Positions 9,208-20,153 of a stretch of DNA of 60,768 nucleotides are shown here, piece by piece; position 1 is the first letter of the stretch; every line of letters starts with the position of its first letter. The stretch is from Burkholderiales bacterium (GTDB lineage Bacteria; Pseudomonadota; Gammaproteobacteria; Burkholderiales; Casimicrobiaceae): positions 1-60,768 of the forward strand of contig JADLEZ010000300.1 of assembly GCA_020845855.1 (NCBI GenBank), given 5' to 3'. Under the pieces are notes generated by a model, which had not been told where the DNA came from, did not search any database, and was given only the letters and a program-made list of their open reading frames with translations. A program made the position numbers and the translations under genes.

Positions 9208-12200
9208 CCTCGCCTTCGGTGCCTTCGGTGCCTGCTGCGCTTTCGCGAGCAGCGATTGTGCGTACCACGCGAGTGCGACGGTCACTGTCGCGGTGACCGC
9301 GAACACCGTCCATCCGGAGGACGTCGCGCGCAGGCTCGCGGTGGCGTACGCGTCCAGCACGAGCCCGGTGGCGACGAACCACGGCACGCTGCGCAGGTCG
9401 TAGCGCAGCACGAGCCACGCGAACCCGAACGTGGTGGCGCCTTGAATCGCGCCTTGCACGAGCGCGATGCCGGGCTCGCGCCCGGACACGGCCGCGAGCG
9501 CGGTGCCGACGATGACGAGCGCGAGCGCGGCGAGCGCCACCCGGTGGGTCCACCCGGCGGTCGCACGATCGACGACGGACAGCAGGAACAGCGTTACCGC
9601 GACCGCGGGCAGCAGCGTGACACCCGCCGCCGCCGCGCCCAGCACCGGCGACGCGGACGCCTGCGCCTTGAGGTCGGGCCACACCGGCAAGCTCGGCGGC
9701 ACGAGTGTCGTCAAGGTTGCCGCGATACCGGCGGTGGCGAGGGCGGCCAGCACCCCGAGCACCCACGCCGGTATGCGGCCGGACATCGTCACTCGCGTTT
9801 GCGCGCGGGCGTAATGAACCCCGACGCCGGCCAGCAGCCCCGCGAGCAGCGCGAGGAGCACCGCGCCGGCAAGGTTCGCGAGCGCCGAGATCAGGAGTTG
9901 GCGCACGACCGGCTCCGTGGTGCGCAGCTGGAACTCGGTCACCGGCCAGTTGTTGGCACTGCCCACCAGCACTATCGCAAACACGAGCGCCGCCATTGTC
10001 CACAGCGCGCGCCGGTCGCAGCGTCCACGGTTCCACGCGACCACGGCGTAGAACAGCGCGACGATGGCGCAGACGGCGAGCATGCCGGTCGCGGTCTTGC
10101 GCACGAGTTGCAGCCGTCCGTCGCGCTCGACCTGCGCGCGCTGCCAGGCTTCGGGGATGAACAGCGACCGCCCCCACGACACCACCTCGTCGCCCGCGAG
10201 CGCCACCTGCACGCGTGCCTCTGCCCCCGGCCCCACGTTCACGCGCGGATCGGCGTAGCCGAACACCCAGTCGCGACGCGCGGGCCGCTGCTGCTCGTCG
10301 GCGCCGCGCGGCTGCAGCGCGGAGGCGTCGGCGCCGAGCCCCCGCCGCAACGTGCGCTCGACCAGCGCCTGCGCATCGTCACGCGCGAGCGAAGCGCCGG
10401 GCCGGGCCTCCGGCAGGCGATGGAACACCTGGCGCACCCGCGCGTCCCCGTTCACCGCCACGCGCCACTCCTCGGCGCGCGCGGCGACGTCGCCTTCGAA
10501 GCGCGCAAGGCGAACCTCCCACAACGGCGGTGCGAGCGCGTTACCGACGAGGGCACGGTACGCGACCGGGCCCGCCTCGCGCCACACGAAGGCATGCCAT
10601 TCGTGCTGGTTGGGGTCGTCCAGCGCCGAGCGCGGCACGGCCATGCGCGTCCACTCCGGCCCGGGATGGGCGCCGCGTTCCCCCAGCGCGGCAACCGCTG
10701 CCTTGATCGCACCTTCGCGGTCGAGCGCGAGCGCCGGCACGTCGGCGTGCAATGGCGTAAACACGATCCATCCGGCGAGCCCCAGCACGCCTAAGACCGG
10801 CAGGCTCCGCTGCAACCACGCCGCGCGGTAGTCGATCACGCCGGCCGCCACCGGCTTCTCGGCCACGGCCGGCGCCGGCGCCGGCGGCTGCCACGCGCCG
10901 TTGCGCAGCGCCTCGGGCAACGCCCCGAAGTGCGTGGCCTGCACCCGGCGCCAGGCGATGACGGCCACCGGCACGAGTCCCGCCGCGATGACAAGCGCAC
11001 GCTGGACGCCGGCGCCGGGCGCGTCGATCAGGAACAGCGGAATCGACATCAGCACGAGGTCGAAGAGCGCATGCATGAGGATCGTCGGCAACAGGCCGTA
11101 GCGCAGGAAGATCGCGGCCCAGGCGAGCGACGGCAGGAACAGCTCGACCAGGCGCGAATACGCGGGGAAGCCGGGGTAGTTCGCATGCGCGGCGCCGAAG
11201 ACGAGCGCCTGCAACAGGAGCGCCGCGGCGACGCCCAGGCGCCGGTAGCCGTAGTGCGCGCCGATCAACGCCCCGAGCGCGAGCGGAATCGCGCGAAACA
11301 GGCACTCCTCCAGCATCCCCGCCTGCAGCGACATCGCGACCGGCACCACTGCGGGCAGCGCGGATGCGAGGATGTTGGGGTCGGTGAGCTGCTCCGAGGG
11401 TTGCCACCACCCGAGGTAGCGGTTGGTGAGGTAGTAGAACGCGGCGATGAAGCCGAGCTGGACCGGCACCCACAGGTAACCGCCCGCGGTGCGCCCCGCG
11501 ATCTCACGCGTCGCGCCCGCCTCCTTCGACCACACGCGCCACAGTTGCGGATGATCGGGGAACGCGCGGCGCGCGAGACTCTCCGCCGCCATGAAGACTT
11601 CCCCGAGCGCGAGCGATCCCCCCACCAGCACGAGCAGCGCGGCGCCCGCCTGGTTCACCCAGAACGTCGTCTCGTCCTGCGCAGTGTCGACCAGGAACCA
11701 CGCGATCGGCACGTTGGCGAGCGCACTGGCGGCAAGCAGCGATGCGACGAGCAGTCCGGCGAGAAACGCCGGCCGGCCGACGAGATAGCCCCGCCGCAGC
11801 AGCCAGAGCACCGCGAGGATGCAGCCGCCGAGGCCGTACAGCACACCGGCGGCGATTGTCGCAACTCTGGCGATGTCGTCGTTGGCGCTGCGCATCTGCG
11901 CGAAACGGCGCAGGAAGGTTTCCGGGAGGTGGACGAACGGCGCTACCTCGATGAGCTCGTCGCCGGCCACCGCGAGCCGTAGCCGCACGCGCGCTTCGCC
12001 CAATTTCTCGCCGCGCTCGAACACGAACAGATGATCGACCCGGCCCGAGGGCCGCACCTGTTGCGACTGATCGAGCAGGGTGTACGGTGCAAAGTCCACG
12101 CCCCAATCGGCGGCCGCGCGGGCGCGGGCGAGTGCCAGCGCCGCCCCGGACGCGAGCGCCTTCGTTGCCCCATCGCGCACATAGGTTTCCGGCACCCGGC

Positions 12201-12603
12201 GGGTAAAGCCGTTCGGCGCGCCGCTCGGCTTGAAACGCACCAGCGCTTCATCGATCACGCCCGGCTTGAACAGGCGGACCTCCCACCAGAACGGCGCGAA
12301 GACGTCCCCCGCGACGAGTCTTGCGAACGCTTCCTTGCCGCCGCCTTCGAGCTCGACGTAGTTCTGGGTCATCTTCGACTCGTTGAACAGCACGGCGTGG
12401 CGGGCCCCGGCGGGCGCGAGGCCGAACTTCGCGCCGAGCTCCTGCGCGCGCGCGATCGCCATCTCGCGCGTCATCTTGATGTCGAGGGTGACCACCGGCA
12501 TCGCGTGCGGCACGAGCTTCCACGCGAGCGCCAGGCAGGCGAGGCTCAGCACGGCGTAGGCGACCCAGAACAGCGGCCGGCGATCGAATGGCGATGGTGT
12601 CAT
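9193..12603 (-). CDS. Large CPBP (type II CAAX/Abi) family intramembrane metalloprotease with duplicated extracytoplasmic domains
   Basis: EECLFRA, FGAAH and HALFD motifs plus many TM segments. Start placed at MTPSPFDRR (12603). Confidence 0.82.
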   Translation of the reverse strand: MTPSPFDRRPLFWVAYAVLSLACLALAWKLVPHAMPVVTLDIKMTREMAIARAQELGAKFGLAPAGARHAVLFNESKMTQNYVELEGGGKEAFARLVAGDVFAPFWWEVRLFKPGVIDEALVRFKPSGAPNGFTRRVPETYVRDGATKALASGAALALARARAAADWGVDFAPYTLLDQSQQVRPSGRVDHLFVFERGEKLGEARVRLRLAVAGDELIEVAPFVHLPETFLRRFAQMRSANDDIARVATIAAGVLYGLGGCILAVLWLLRRGYLVGRPAFLAGLLVASLLAASALANVPIAWFLVDTAQDETTFWVNQAGAALLVLVGGSLALGEVFMAAESLARRAFPDHPQLWRVWSKEAGATREIAGRTAGGYLWVPVQLGFIAAFYYLTNRYLGWWQPSEQLTDPNILASALPAVVPVAMSLQAGMLEECLFRAIPLALGALIGAHYGYRRLGVAAALLLQALVFGAAHANYPGFPAYSRLVELFLPSLAWAAIFLRYGLLPTILMHALFDLVLMSIPLFLIDAPGAGVQRALVIAAGLVPVAVIAWRRVQATHFGALPEALRNGAWQPPAPAPAVAEKPVAAGVIDYRAAWLQRSLPVLGVLGLAGWIVFTPLHADVPALALDREGAIKAAVAALGERGAHPGPEWTRMAVPRSALDDPNQHEWHAFVWREAGPVAYRALVGNALAPPLWEVRLARFEGDVAARAEEWRVAVNGDARVRQVFHRLPEARPGASLARDDAQALVERTLRRGLGADASALQPRGADEQQRPARRDWVFGYADPRVNVGPGAEARVQVALAGDEVVSWGRSLFIPEAWQRAQVERDGRLQLVRKTATGMLAVCAIVALFYAVVAWNRGRCDRRALWTMAALVFAIVLVGSANNWPVTEFQLRTTEPVVRQLLISALANLAGAVLLALLAGLLAGVGVHYARAQTRVTMSGRIPAWVLGVLAALATAGIAATLTTLVPPSLPVWPDLKAQASASPVLGAAAAGVTLLPAVAVTLFLLSVVDRATAGWTHRVALAALALVIVGTALAAVSGREPGIALVQGAIQGATTFGFAWLVLRYDLRSVPWFVATGLVLDAYATASLRATSSGWTVFAVTATVTVALAWYAQSLLAKAQQAPKAPKARLAAR

Positions 12604-12881
12604 CCCTCGCCTATGGCGAGCGCAAGGACCGGATGACGGGCGGTGCGGCTGGACACTCGGGACGGGAGTACGGATGACTGGTGTTGCCCGGCTCGTCCCG
12701 ACCCTCGCCTGGCACGACATCGAACAGGGGGCCAGTCACCGCAGGGGCGAACGGCCGCGGGCCGTGGCGCGGATTCTAGCTCAGCCGGCTGGCCGGTGCG
12801 AGACGCTGGGTGCGCGCCTCACAGCCGCGCGCGTCGGCGCGGCCCCGAACGCACCGCGCCGGTGGATGCGACGGGGCGTGT

Positions 12882-13517
12882 TTAGGCCGCGATCTGCTTC
12901 CTACTCGCCGAGAAGCGGGCGAGGACCACGAGACCGATGGCCAGGAGGAGCAGCGTCCCGGGCTCCGGCACCTGGCTGCCCCCGGTAGAGATGGAGAAGA
13001 TCGCGCTCCCGAAGGGCTCGCTACCGCCGTTGCCGGGCCCGTTGAAGGAGAACTGAAAATCATCGTCCAGCGTGTCCCAGACGATGCTCACCGTCGAATC
13101 GGTGAAGGTGACGACGGGGGTGAAGTTGGAATCGTTGGCGTCTCCCAACGGAAAGAAGAAATCAGCCGTGTAGCCAGCGAACGACGCGTCCGTGATCGTG
13201 ACCCCGACAAAGATCAGAGTGAGCGACGCGAACGAGTAGTTCCCGCGTTCGATTCCTGTCAGGATCAGCTGGGTGTCGGTGACATCGGCGCTGTAATAAC
13301 CGACGCAGACCCCAGTCCAGTCGGCACCTGTCAACTCGGCGCCCGCGCCGACCGTGCCCGCCGCCGCGCCGTGCTTGCAGAGGTTGCTCCCGCTGCCGAA
13401 TCCGTTATCGGCGCTGATGGTAACGGAACTCCCCAGGAGGCCAGGATCGGCATGAGCCACGCCGATCGCCAAGGCGACCGCAACCATCGCATTCAGAGCG
13501 CCCCGCTTCAGTCCCAT
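12882..13517 (-). CDS. PEP-CTERM sorting domain protein
   Basis: Signal peptide; C-terminal VPEPGTLLLLAIGLVVLARFSASRK (PEP + TM helix + basic residues); GGGGAG RBS upstream of ATG 13517. Confidence 0.92.
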   Translation of the reverse strand: MGLKRGALNAMVAVALAIGVAHADPGLLGSSVTISADNGFGSGSNLCKHGAAAGTVGAGAELTGADWTGVCVGYYSADVTDTQLILTGIERGNYSFASLTLIFVGVTITDASFAGYTADFFFPLGDANDSNFTPVVTFTDSTVSIVWDTLDDDFQFSFNGPGNGGSEPFGSAIFSISTGGSQVPEPGTLLLLAIGLVVLARFSASRKQIAA

Positions 13518-13559
13518 GTTCGACTCCCCATTCGTCGGCAAGAAGCCCGAGCCACCTGC

Positions 13560-13689
13560 AGCAAGCCACGTGCCATGCGAGGTGCAGCGCAGCACACTTA
13601 TTGTTGCATCAAGGACTTGGCGTCGCTGCGGCGGATCGCGCACGCGGGCCGGCGAAAGGTCGTGCGAGCCGGTGTAAGAGAAATCGACA
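13560..13689 (-). promoter_or_regulatory. Sigma-54 promoter with IHF-like site and TGT-N11-ACA enhancer
   Basis: TGGCAC-GTGGC-TTGC on minus strand (13575-13561); CATCAAGGACTTG 13607-13619; TGTAAGAGAAATCGACA 13673-13689. Confidence 0.8.
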
Positions 13690-13740
13690 CGAGCCCGCAA
13701 CCAAGCGCCAGCAACGCTGCGGGACTGCATGCACGCCGCT

Positions 13741-14991
13741 TCAGGTGCCGCTCGCGATCGAACGTCGGCGCAAGCCCACGACGCCACGACCGGCGAGCCC
13801 CTGCACCGCGGCTTCCGACAGGCGCAGGCGCTGCGTGAGCACCTCCATCGTGTGCTCCGCGAGCAGCGGCGGCGCGCGCTCGGGGACGAGCGGTGTGCCG
13901 GACATCCGGATCGCGGGTGCGACCTGCGGCACGCGGCCGGCGAGTGCGTGCGGCAGGTCGAAGCGCATCCCGCGGGCCACGACCTGCGGGTCGGCGAACA
14001 CGGCGTCGAGCTTGTTGATCGGCCCGCACGGCACGCCGGCGGCTTCCAGCGCGGTGAGCCAGTCCCGCTGCGTGCGCGTACGCACCACCGCGGCGATCAT
14101 CGGCACCAGCGTGTCGCGATTGCGCACGCGGTCGGCGTTCTTCGCAAAACGCGGATCGCTCGTCCAATCGGACCCCGCGACTTCGCAAAAGCGCGCGAAC
14201 TGGCCGTCGTTGCCGACCGCGATCACGAGATGCCCATCCGAGCACGCGAACACCTGGTAGGGCACGATGCTCTGGTGCGCATTGCCCGCGCGCCCGGGCG
14301 CTTGCCCGGTCACGAGATAGTTCATGTTCATCACCGCCATCATCGCGACCGCGGAGTCGAGCAGCGACAGGTCGACATGCTGCCCCTGCCCCGTGCGGTC
14401 GCGTGCCGCGAGCGCCGCGGTGACCGCCACCGCCGCGTACATGCCGGTGAAAAGATCGGTGATCGCAACGCCCGCCTTCTGCGGCCCGCCGCCGGACGCG
14501 TCGTCGCGTTCGCCGGTCACGCTCATGAATCCGCTCATGCCCTGGATGATGAAATCGTATCCCGCGCGCTCGCGGTAGGGCCCGCTCTGGCCAAAGCCGG
14601 TGATCGAGGCGTAGACGAGCCGCGGGTTGTGTTTCGCGACGCTCGCGTAGTCGAGTCCGTAGCGGGCAAGCCCGTCCACCTTGAAGTTCTCGACCAGCAC
14701 GTCGGCGTCGCGCGCGAGGCCGCGCACGAGGTCGCGGCCTTCGGGCTTGGTGAAGTCGATGGCCACCGACAGCTTGCCCCGGTTGCACGCGAGGTAGTAC
14801 GCCGACTCGCTCGTGTCCGCGCCGTGCTCGTCCTTGAGGTACGGCGGCGCCCACGCGCGGGTGTCGTCACCGCTGCCGGGCTTCTCGACTTTGATCACCG
14901 TGGCGCCCAGGTCGGCGAGGAGCTGCGTACACCACGGTCCGGCGAGCACGCGGGACAGGTCGAGGACGGTGACGTGGGCGAGCGGGCCCAA
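13741..14991 (-). CDS. CoA-transferase family III (CaiB/BaiF)
   Basis: LDLSRVLAGPWCTQLLADLGA, NRGKLS, DVLVENFK and GYDFIIQGMSG motifs; TTG start. Confidence 0.94.
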   Translation of the reverse strand: MGPLAHVTVLDLSRVLAGPWCTQLLADLGATVIKVEKPGSGDDTRAWAPPYLKDEHGADTSESAYYLACNRGKLSVAIDFTKPEGRDLVRGLARDADVLVENFKVDGLARYGLDYASVAKHNPRLVYASITGFGQSGPYRERAGYDFIIQGMSGFMSVTGERDDASGGGPQKAGVAITDLFTGMYAAVAVTAALAARDRTGQGQHVDLSLLDSAVAMMAVMNMNYLVTGQAPGRAGNAHQSIVPYQVFACSDGHLVIAVGNDGQFARFCEVAGSDWTSDPRFAKNADRVRNRDTLVPMIAAVVRTRTQRDWLTALEAAGVPCGPINKLDAVFADPQVVARGMRFDLPHALAGRVPQVAPAIRMSGTPLVPERAPPLLAEHTMEVLTQRLRLSEAAVQGLAGRGVVGLRRRSIASGT

Positions 14992-15075
14992 GGGTCAGAT
15001 CCGACTTTCGTTATGCGGGCGCGGCAGCACTACCATCGCGCACTCCGTGATGCAGCAGAAAGTCGGCTCCGACCC
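14992..15075. repeat. Family A palindromic element
   Basis: GGGTCAGATCCGACTTTC...GCGGGCGCGGCAGCA...TGCAGCAGAAAGTCGGCTCCGACCC. Confidence 0.9.
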
Positions 15076-15141
15076 TGCCGGGTCGCCCGCGAGTTGACGA
15101 TCAGCGACTTAGGCGCGGGCATCGTATCGGGCTCGCTGCGC

Positions 15142-15684
15142 TCATTGCGCGACCGCCGCTTCGTCGAAGCCGGGATAGGCGAACGCCCCGGCGATGCGAT
15201 CGCAGTCGCGTTCGGATACGCCTGCCGATCTTGCGGTTGCGTACCACGTGGCGCGTACCTGCCGCTCCATCGTGTCGACGATCGCGTGCGCCTCGTCCTC
15301 GCTCAGCAGGAACCGGGCGTGCTGCGTCATTAGGCTGGCGGCGCTTGCCATGCGGCCCGCATCGCCGCATTCCATGGCGAGGTCGCGGCGCTCGAGGCTT
15401 ATCGGCGTCGAGGGTGTCAGGTCGTAGGCGGGCGAGAGTGCCCAGTCGGTGTCCCGCGCGATCACCGCGTGATTGCGCGGGTGATCGTCGCTGACCATGC
15501 GCGCGCGGGCGTAGCTCCCGCCGGTGCGCTCGCGATCGAATCGCCTGACGAGCAGGACGTCACGCCCGCCTGCCGCAACGACGCGGCTTTCGGCCGTGAC
15601 CAGGCCGCAAGCTCGCCCCAGGAGCAGCATCGCGTGCTCCACACGCGCGCAGTTCCACGTGTCGTCGATGCGATTGAACTTGGC
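15142..15684 (-). pseudogene. HipA-family kinase toxin remnant (N-terminus missing, probable internal deletion)
   Basis: AKFNRIDD..EHAML..VLLVRRFDR..RMVS joins directly to DDHPRNH..LSPAYDL. No N-terminal domain and no antitoxin gene. Confidence 0.8.
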
Positions 15685-15729
15685 ATTTAATATGCTCCAT
15701 AGAACATCTTCTCGCCAGTTCGGGGGGCC

Positions 15730-17154
15730 CTATGTCTTCAGCGCGACCAGCACCTCGTCCAGCATCTTCTTGGCATCCCCGAACAGCATGCGGTTGTTGT
15801 CCTTGTAGAAGAGCGGGTTGTCGACCCCGGCGTAGCCGGACGCCATGCTGCGCTTCATGACCACCGAGTGCTTGGCCTTCCACACCTCGAGCACCGGCAT
15901 GCCCGCGATCGGGCTCGTCGGATCCTCCTGCGCCGCCGGGTTGACGATGTCGTTGGCGCCGATGACCATCGCGACATCGGCGCCGGGAAAGTCCTCGTTC
16001 AGTTCGTCCATCTCGAACACGATGTCGTAGGGCACCTTCGCCTCGGCCAGCAGCACGTTCATGTGGCCCGGCATGCGGCCGGCGACCGGGTGGATGCCGA
16101 AGCGCACCTTGACGCCGCGCTCGCGCAGCGCCTTGGTGATCTCGTACACGGTGTGCTGCGCCTGCGCCACCGCCATGCCGTAACCGGGCACGATGATCAC
16201 GTCCTTCGCATCCTTGAGCATCTCCGCCGTTTCCGCCGCGGTGATGGGAGTCACCTCGCCCGCCGGCTGCGCGGCGCCGCCCGCGGCCGCCGGCTTGCCC
16301 TCGCCCGTGCCGAAGCCGCCGGCGATCACGCTGATGAAGTTGCGGTTCATCGCGTTGCACATGATGTAGGAGAGGATCGCGCCGCTCGATCCGACCAGCG
16401 CGCCGACCACGATCAGGAGGTCGTTCGACAGCATGAAGCCGGTGGCCGCGGCGGCCCAGCCCGAGTAGCTGTTGAGCATCGACACCACCACCGGCATGTC
16501 GGCGCCGCCGATGGCCATCACCATGTGCACGCCGAAGAGCAGCGCGATCGCCGTCATGACCGCCAGCGCGACGATCTGCGCGGAGAAGTCGTGCATCGCG
16601 ACGAAGCGGTAGCCGAAGTAGATCACGACGAGGAGGCCGAGCAGATTGATCCAGTGGCGTGCCGGCAGCAGCACCGGCTTGCCGCCGATCTTGGCCGACA
16701 GCTTGCCGAACGCGATGAGCGAACCGGAGAACGTGACGGCGCCGATCAGCACGCCGACGTAGGTCTCGATGTCGTGGATCGCGTTCTCGGCCGGCGTGAG
16801 CTGCGCGGCCACGACGGGATCGATGAAGTTGGCGAAGCCGACGATGACCGCGGCGAGACCGACGAGGCTGTGCATCAACGCCACGAGCTCGGGCATCTGC
16901 GTCATCTGCACGATGCGTGCGGCGTACAGGCCGATGGCGGCGCCGACGACCATCGCCCCCAGGATGTACGCGTAGCCCGCCGGGGTGACGTGCGGCCCGA
17001 AGATGGTGGCGAGCACGGCGATCGCCATCCCGATGATGCCGTACAGGTTGCCGCGGCGGGAGGTCTCCTGGTTGGACAGGCCGCCCAGGCACAGAATGAA
17101 CAGGATGGTCGCGGCGAGGTACGCGACGGTGGCGAGCGAGGAGCTGATGGTCAT
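15730..17154 (-). CDS. pntB: NAD(P) transhydrogenase subunit beta
   Basis: [43 protein letters not shown] motifs. Confidence 0.97.
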   Translation of the reverse strand: MTISSSLATVAYLAATILFILCLGGLSNQETSRRGNLYGIIGMAIAVLATIFGPHVTPAGYAYILGAMVVGAAIGLYAARIVQMTQMPELVALMHSLVGLAAVIVGFANFIDPVVAAQLTPAENAIHDIETYVGVLIGAVTFSGSLIAFGKLSAKIGGKPVLLPARHWINLLGLLVVIYFGYRFVAMHDFSAQIVALAVMTAIALLFGVHMVMAIGGADMPVVVSMLNSYSGWAAAATGFMLSNDLLIVVGALVGSSGAILSYIMCNAMNRNFISVIAGGFGTGEGKPAAAGGAAQPAGEVTPITAAETAEMLKDAKDVIIVPGYGMAVAQAQHTVYEITKALRERGVKVRFGIHPVAGRMPGHMNVLLAEAKVPYDIVFEMDELNEDFPGADVAMVIGANDIVNPAAQEDPTSPIAGMPVLEVWKAKHSVVMKRSMASGYAGVDNPLFYKDNNRMLFGDAKKMLDEVLVALKT

Positions 17155-17237
17155 GGCCGGTCCCGAAGGGCCGCCCCGAGGGACCGGCCGGCGCCCCCTC
17201 CGGTGGCAGCGAGCAAAGCGAGCGTGGGGGTCGTCAT
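17155..17237. repeat. Family D element between pntA and pntB, encoding a 28-aa mini-ORF
   Basis: GGCCGGTCCC-GAAGGGCCGCCCCGA-GGGACCGGCC hairpin plus GGCAGCGAGCAAAGCGAGCGTGGGGG, shared with 55346-55419. Confidence 0.88.
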
Positions 17238-17245
17238 CCGCCCCC

Positions 17246-18835
17246 CTATTTGCGGAACATCTGCAGCATGCGCTGCGTGACCGCGAAGCCGCCGAACATG
17301 TTGATGCTGGCGAGCCCGATCGCGATCACCGCCAGCCACCGGATCCACTCCTCGGGACGCGAGAGGTTGGTCGAAATCTTGGTGAGGTCGGGCGCGATCT
17401 GCACCAGCGCGCCGATGGCGATGATCGACGACACCGCGTTGGTCACGCTCATGAGCGGCGTGTGCAGCGCGGGCTTCACGTTCCATACCACCATGTAGCC
17501 GATGAAGCACCCCAGCACGAATACGGTGAAGTGGCCGAGGAACGAGGGCGGCGCGTAGCGGCCGATGAGCAGGAAGACGAGCGCGCCGGCGCCGAACAGG
17601 ATCGCCGCCTTCGTGCGCGACATCGGGCCGCTCGCCTCGCCGTGGGCCTTCTTGGCCGCCACCGGCGCCGCGGCGGGCTTGGGCGGCGGCGCGGCAGGCA
17701 GCTTCGGCGGCGGCGCCGGCCAGGTGATCGCGCCGTCCTTGATGACCGTAAGTCCTCGGATCGCCTGATCCTCCATGTCAACGACGATCATGCCGTCCTT
17801 GGCCTTGCACAGCTCCTCGGTGAGGCGCAGCAGGTTGCTCGCGTAGAGCGTGGATGCCTGCGTCGCGAGACGGCTGGCAAGGTCGGTGTAGCCGATGATG
17901 GTCACGCCGTGCTTGACCACGGCCTTGCCCGGCTCGGTCAACTCGCAGTTGCCGCCCTGCTCGGCCGCCATGTCGACGATCACGCTCCCGGGTTTCATCG
18001 TCCGCACCATGTCGGCGGTGATGAGCTTGGGCGCGGGCTTGCCGGGGATCAGCGCCGTGGTGATGACGATATCGACCTCGCGCGCCTGCTTCGCGTACAT
18101 CTCGCGCTGCGCCTGCTGGAAGCCTTCGCTCATGACCTTGGCGTAGCCGCCGCCGCCGGAGCCCTCTTCCTCGTAGTCGACCTTCACGAACTCGCCGCCC
18201 AGCGAAGCGACCTGATCCGCGACCTCGGCGCGCGTGTCGTTGGCCCGCACGATCGCTCCCAGGTTCGCGGCCGCGCCGATCGCCGCGAGCCCGGCCACGC
18301 CGGCGCCGGCGATGAAGACCTTGGCCGGCGGAATCTTGCCGGCGGCGGTCACCTGTCCGCTGAAGAGGCGGCCGAACGCGTTGGCGGCCTCGACGACGGC
18401 GCGATAGCCGCTTATGCCGGCCATCGACGTGAGCGCGTCCATCTTCTGGGCACGCGAGAGCTGGCGCGGCAGGCAGTCGATGGCGAGCACCGTCGCCTTC
18501 TTCGCCGCCAGCTGCTGCATGAGTTCGGGGTTCTGCGCCGGCCAGATGAAGTCGATCAGCGTGCCGCCCTCGCGCATCAGCCCGACTTCGGCGGGTGTGG
18601 GCGGCCGAACCTTGAAGACGATGTCCGCCTTGGCCCAGAGCTCCGCCGCCGTGGGCACGACTTCGGCGCCCGCGGCACGGTACGCGTCGTCCGCGAAGTT
18701 GGCGGCGTCACCTGCGCCCGTCTCGACGGCGACGCGAAAGCCCAACTTGGCGAGCTTCTGGACTACGTCCGGAACGCTCGCCACGCGCTTCTCGCCCGGG
18801 AAGACTTCCCGTGGCACTCCGATCAGCAACGACAT
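17246..18835 (-). CDS. pntA: NAD(P) transhydrogenase subunit alpha
   Basis: [23 protein letters not shown] and [12 protein letters not shown] motifs. Confidence 0.97.
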   Translation of the reverse strand: MSLLIGVPREVFPGEKRVASVPDVVQKLAKLGFRVAVETGAGDAANFADDAYRAAGAEVVPTAAELWAKADIVFKVRPPTPAEVGLMREGGTLIDFIWPAQNPELMQQLAAKKATVLAIDCLPRQLSRAQKMDALTSMAGISGYRAVVEAANAFGRLFSGQVTAAGKIPPAKVFIAGAGVAGLAAIGAAANLGAIVRANDTRAEVADQVASLGGEFVKVDYEEEGSGGGGYAKVMSEGFQQAQREMYAKQAREVDIVITTALIPGKPAPKLITADMVRTMKPGSVIVDMAAEQGGNCELTEPGKAVVKHGVTIIGYTDLASRLATQASTLYASNLLRLTEELCKAKDGMIVVDMEDQAIRGLTVIKDGAITWPAPPPKLPAAPPPKPAAAPVAAKKAHGEASGPMSRTKAAILFGAGALVFLLIGRYAPPSFLGHFTVFVLGCFIGYMVVWNVKPALHTPLMSVTNAVSSIIAIGALVQIAPDLTKISTNLSRPEEWIRWLAVIAIGLASINMFGGFAVTQRMLQMFRK

Positions 18836-18876
18836 CTTGTTGTCTCCCTGGCGAAGCGCGATTGTCCCGTATTTTC

Positions 18877-19947
18877 CTAGAGCGCGGCGGCGATGGCTTT
18901 ACCTAGGTCAACGGTCGTCGCCTTGCCGCCAAGGTCCGGCGTGCGCGGGCTGTCGCCGTCGGCCAGCACGCGCTCGATCGCGCGCACGATGGCGCCACCC
19001 GCCTCCTTATGGCCGAGGAACTCGAGCATCAGCGCGCCCGACCAGATCTGGCCGATCGGGTTGGCGATCCCCTTGCCGGCGATGTCGGGTGCGGAGCCGT
19101 GCACCGGCTCGAACAGCGACGGAAACGCGCGCTCGGGATTCAAGTTCGCCGACGGCGCGATGCCGATCGTTCCACACACGGCAGGCCCGAGGTCCGACAG
19201 GATGTCGCCGAAGAGGTTGGAAGCCACCACCACGTCGAAGCGGTCGGGGCGCTGCACGAAGTGCGCGGACAGGATGTCGATGTGGAACTGGTCGGTGCGC
19301 ACGTCGGGGTACGCCGCACCCATCGCGCGGAAGCGCTCGTCCCAGTAGGGCATGGTGATCGAGATGCCGTTCGACTTGGTGGCCGACGTGACGTGCTTCG
19401 CCGGCCGCGTGCGCGCGAGCTCGAAGGCGTAGCGCATCACGCGGTCGACACCCTTGCGCGAGAACACCGATTCCTGAAACACGATCTCGCGCTCGGTGCC
19501 TTCGTACATGCGCCCGCCGACCGACGAATACTCGCCTTCGGTGTTCTCGCGCACCACCACGAAGTCGATGTCGCCGGGCTTGCGGTTGGCGAGCGGGGTC
19601 GGGATCCCGGGCATGAGTTTGCACGGCCGCATGTTCACGTACTGGTCGAAGCCGCGGCGGAAGAGGATGAGCGAGCCCCACAGCGAGACGTGGTCGGGAA
19701 CGGTCGCGGGCCAGCCGACCGCGCCGTAGTAGATCGCCTCGTATGACTTGAGTTGCTCGAACCAGTCCTCCGGCATCATGCGGCCGTGCTTGGCGTAGTA
19801 GTCGCAGCTCCAGTCGTACGACGTGAACACGAGGTCGACGTCGAACTTGCGCGCCGCGGCCTCCACGACGCGCAAGCCTTCCGGCATGACTTCCTTGCCG
19901 ATGCCGTCGCCGGGAAGTACCGCGATCTTGTGCTTTGGCATGTTCAT
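18877..19947 (-). CDS. Tartrate dehydrogenase / D-malate dehydrogenase (decarboxylating)
   Basis: [40 protein letters not shown] and [11 protein letters not shown] motifs; start at 19947 or 19941. Confidence 0.9.
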   Translation of the reverse strand: MNMPKHKIAVLPGDGIGKEVMPEGLRVVEAAARKFDVDLVFTSYDWSCDYYAKHGRMMPEDWFEQLKSYEAIYYGAVGWPATVPDHVSLWGSLILFRRGFDQYVNMRPCKLMPGIPTPLANRKPGDIDFVVVRENTEGEYSSVGGRMYEGTEREIVFQESVFSRKGVDRVMRYAFELARTRPAKHVTSATKSNGISITMPYWDERFRAMGAAYPDVRTDQFHIDILSAHFVQRPDRFDVVVASNLFGDILSDLGPAVCGTIGIAPSANLNPERAFPSLFEPVHGSAPDIAGKGIANPIGQIWSGALMLEFLGHKEAGGAIVRAIERVLADGDSPRTPDLGGKATTVDLGKAIAAAL

Positions 19948-20153
19948 CGTTGCGCTGTCGGGTGCGATGCGCACCGCTGCTGGCGGTAGCGCGGGCGCGG
20001 TCGGGATCGATCGTCGCGGGAGGGTCGATTGTCACACAAAACCATCGCGGGCCCTTGTCGTGGCCGAGCGCGCCGCTCATCCGAACGGCCGATGGCGCGT
20101 GCCGGGCACGCTCCGCTATCGTGGCAACGTTCGCATCGTCATGGAGAATCGCC

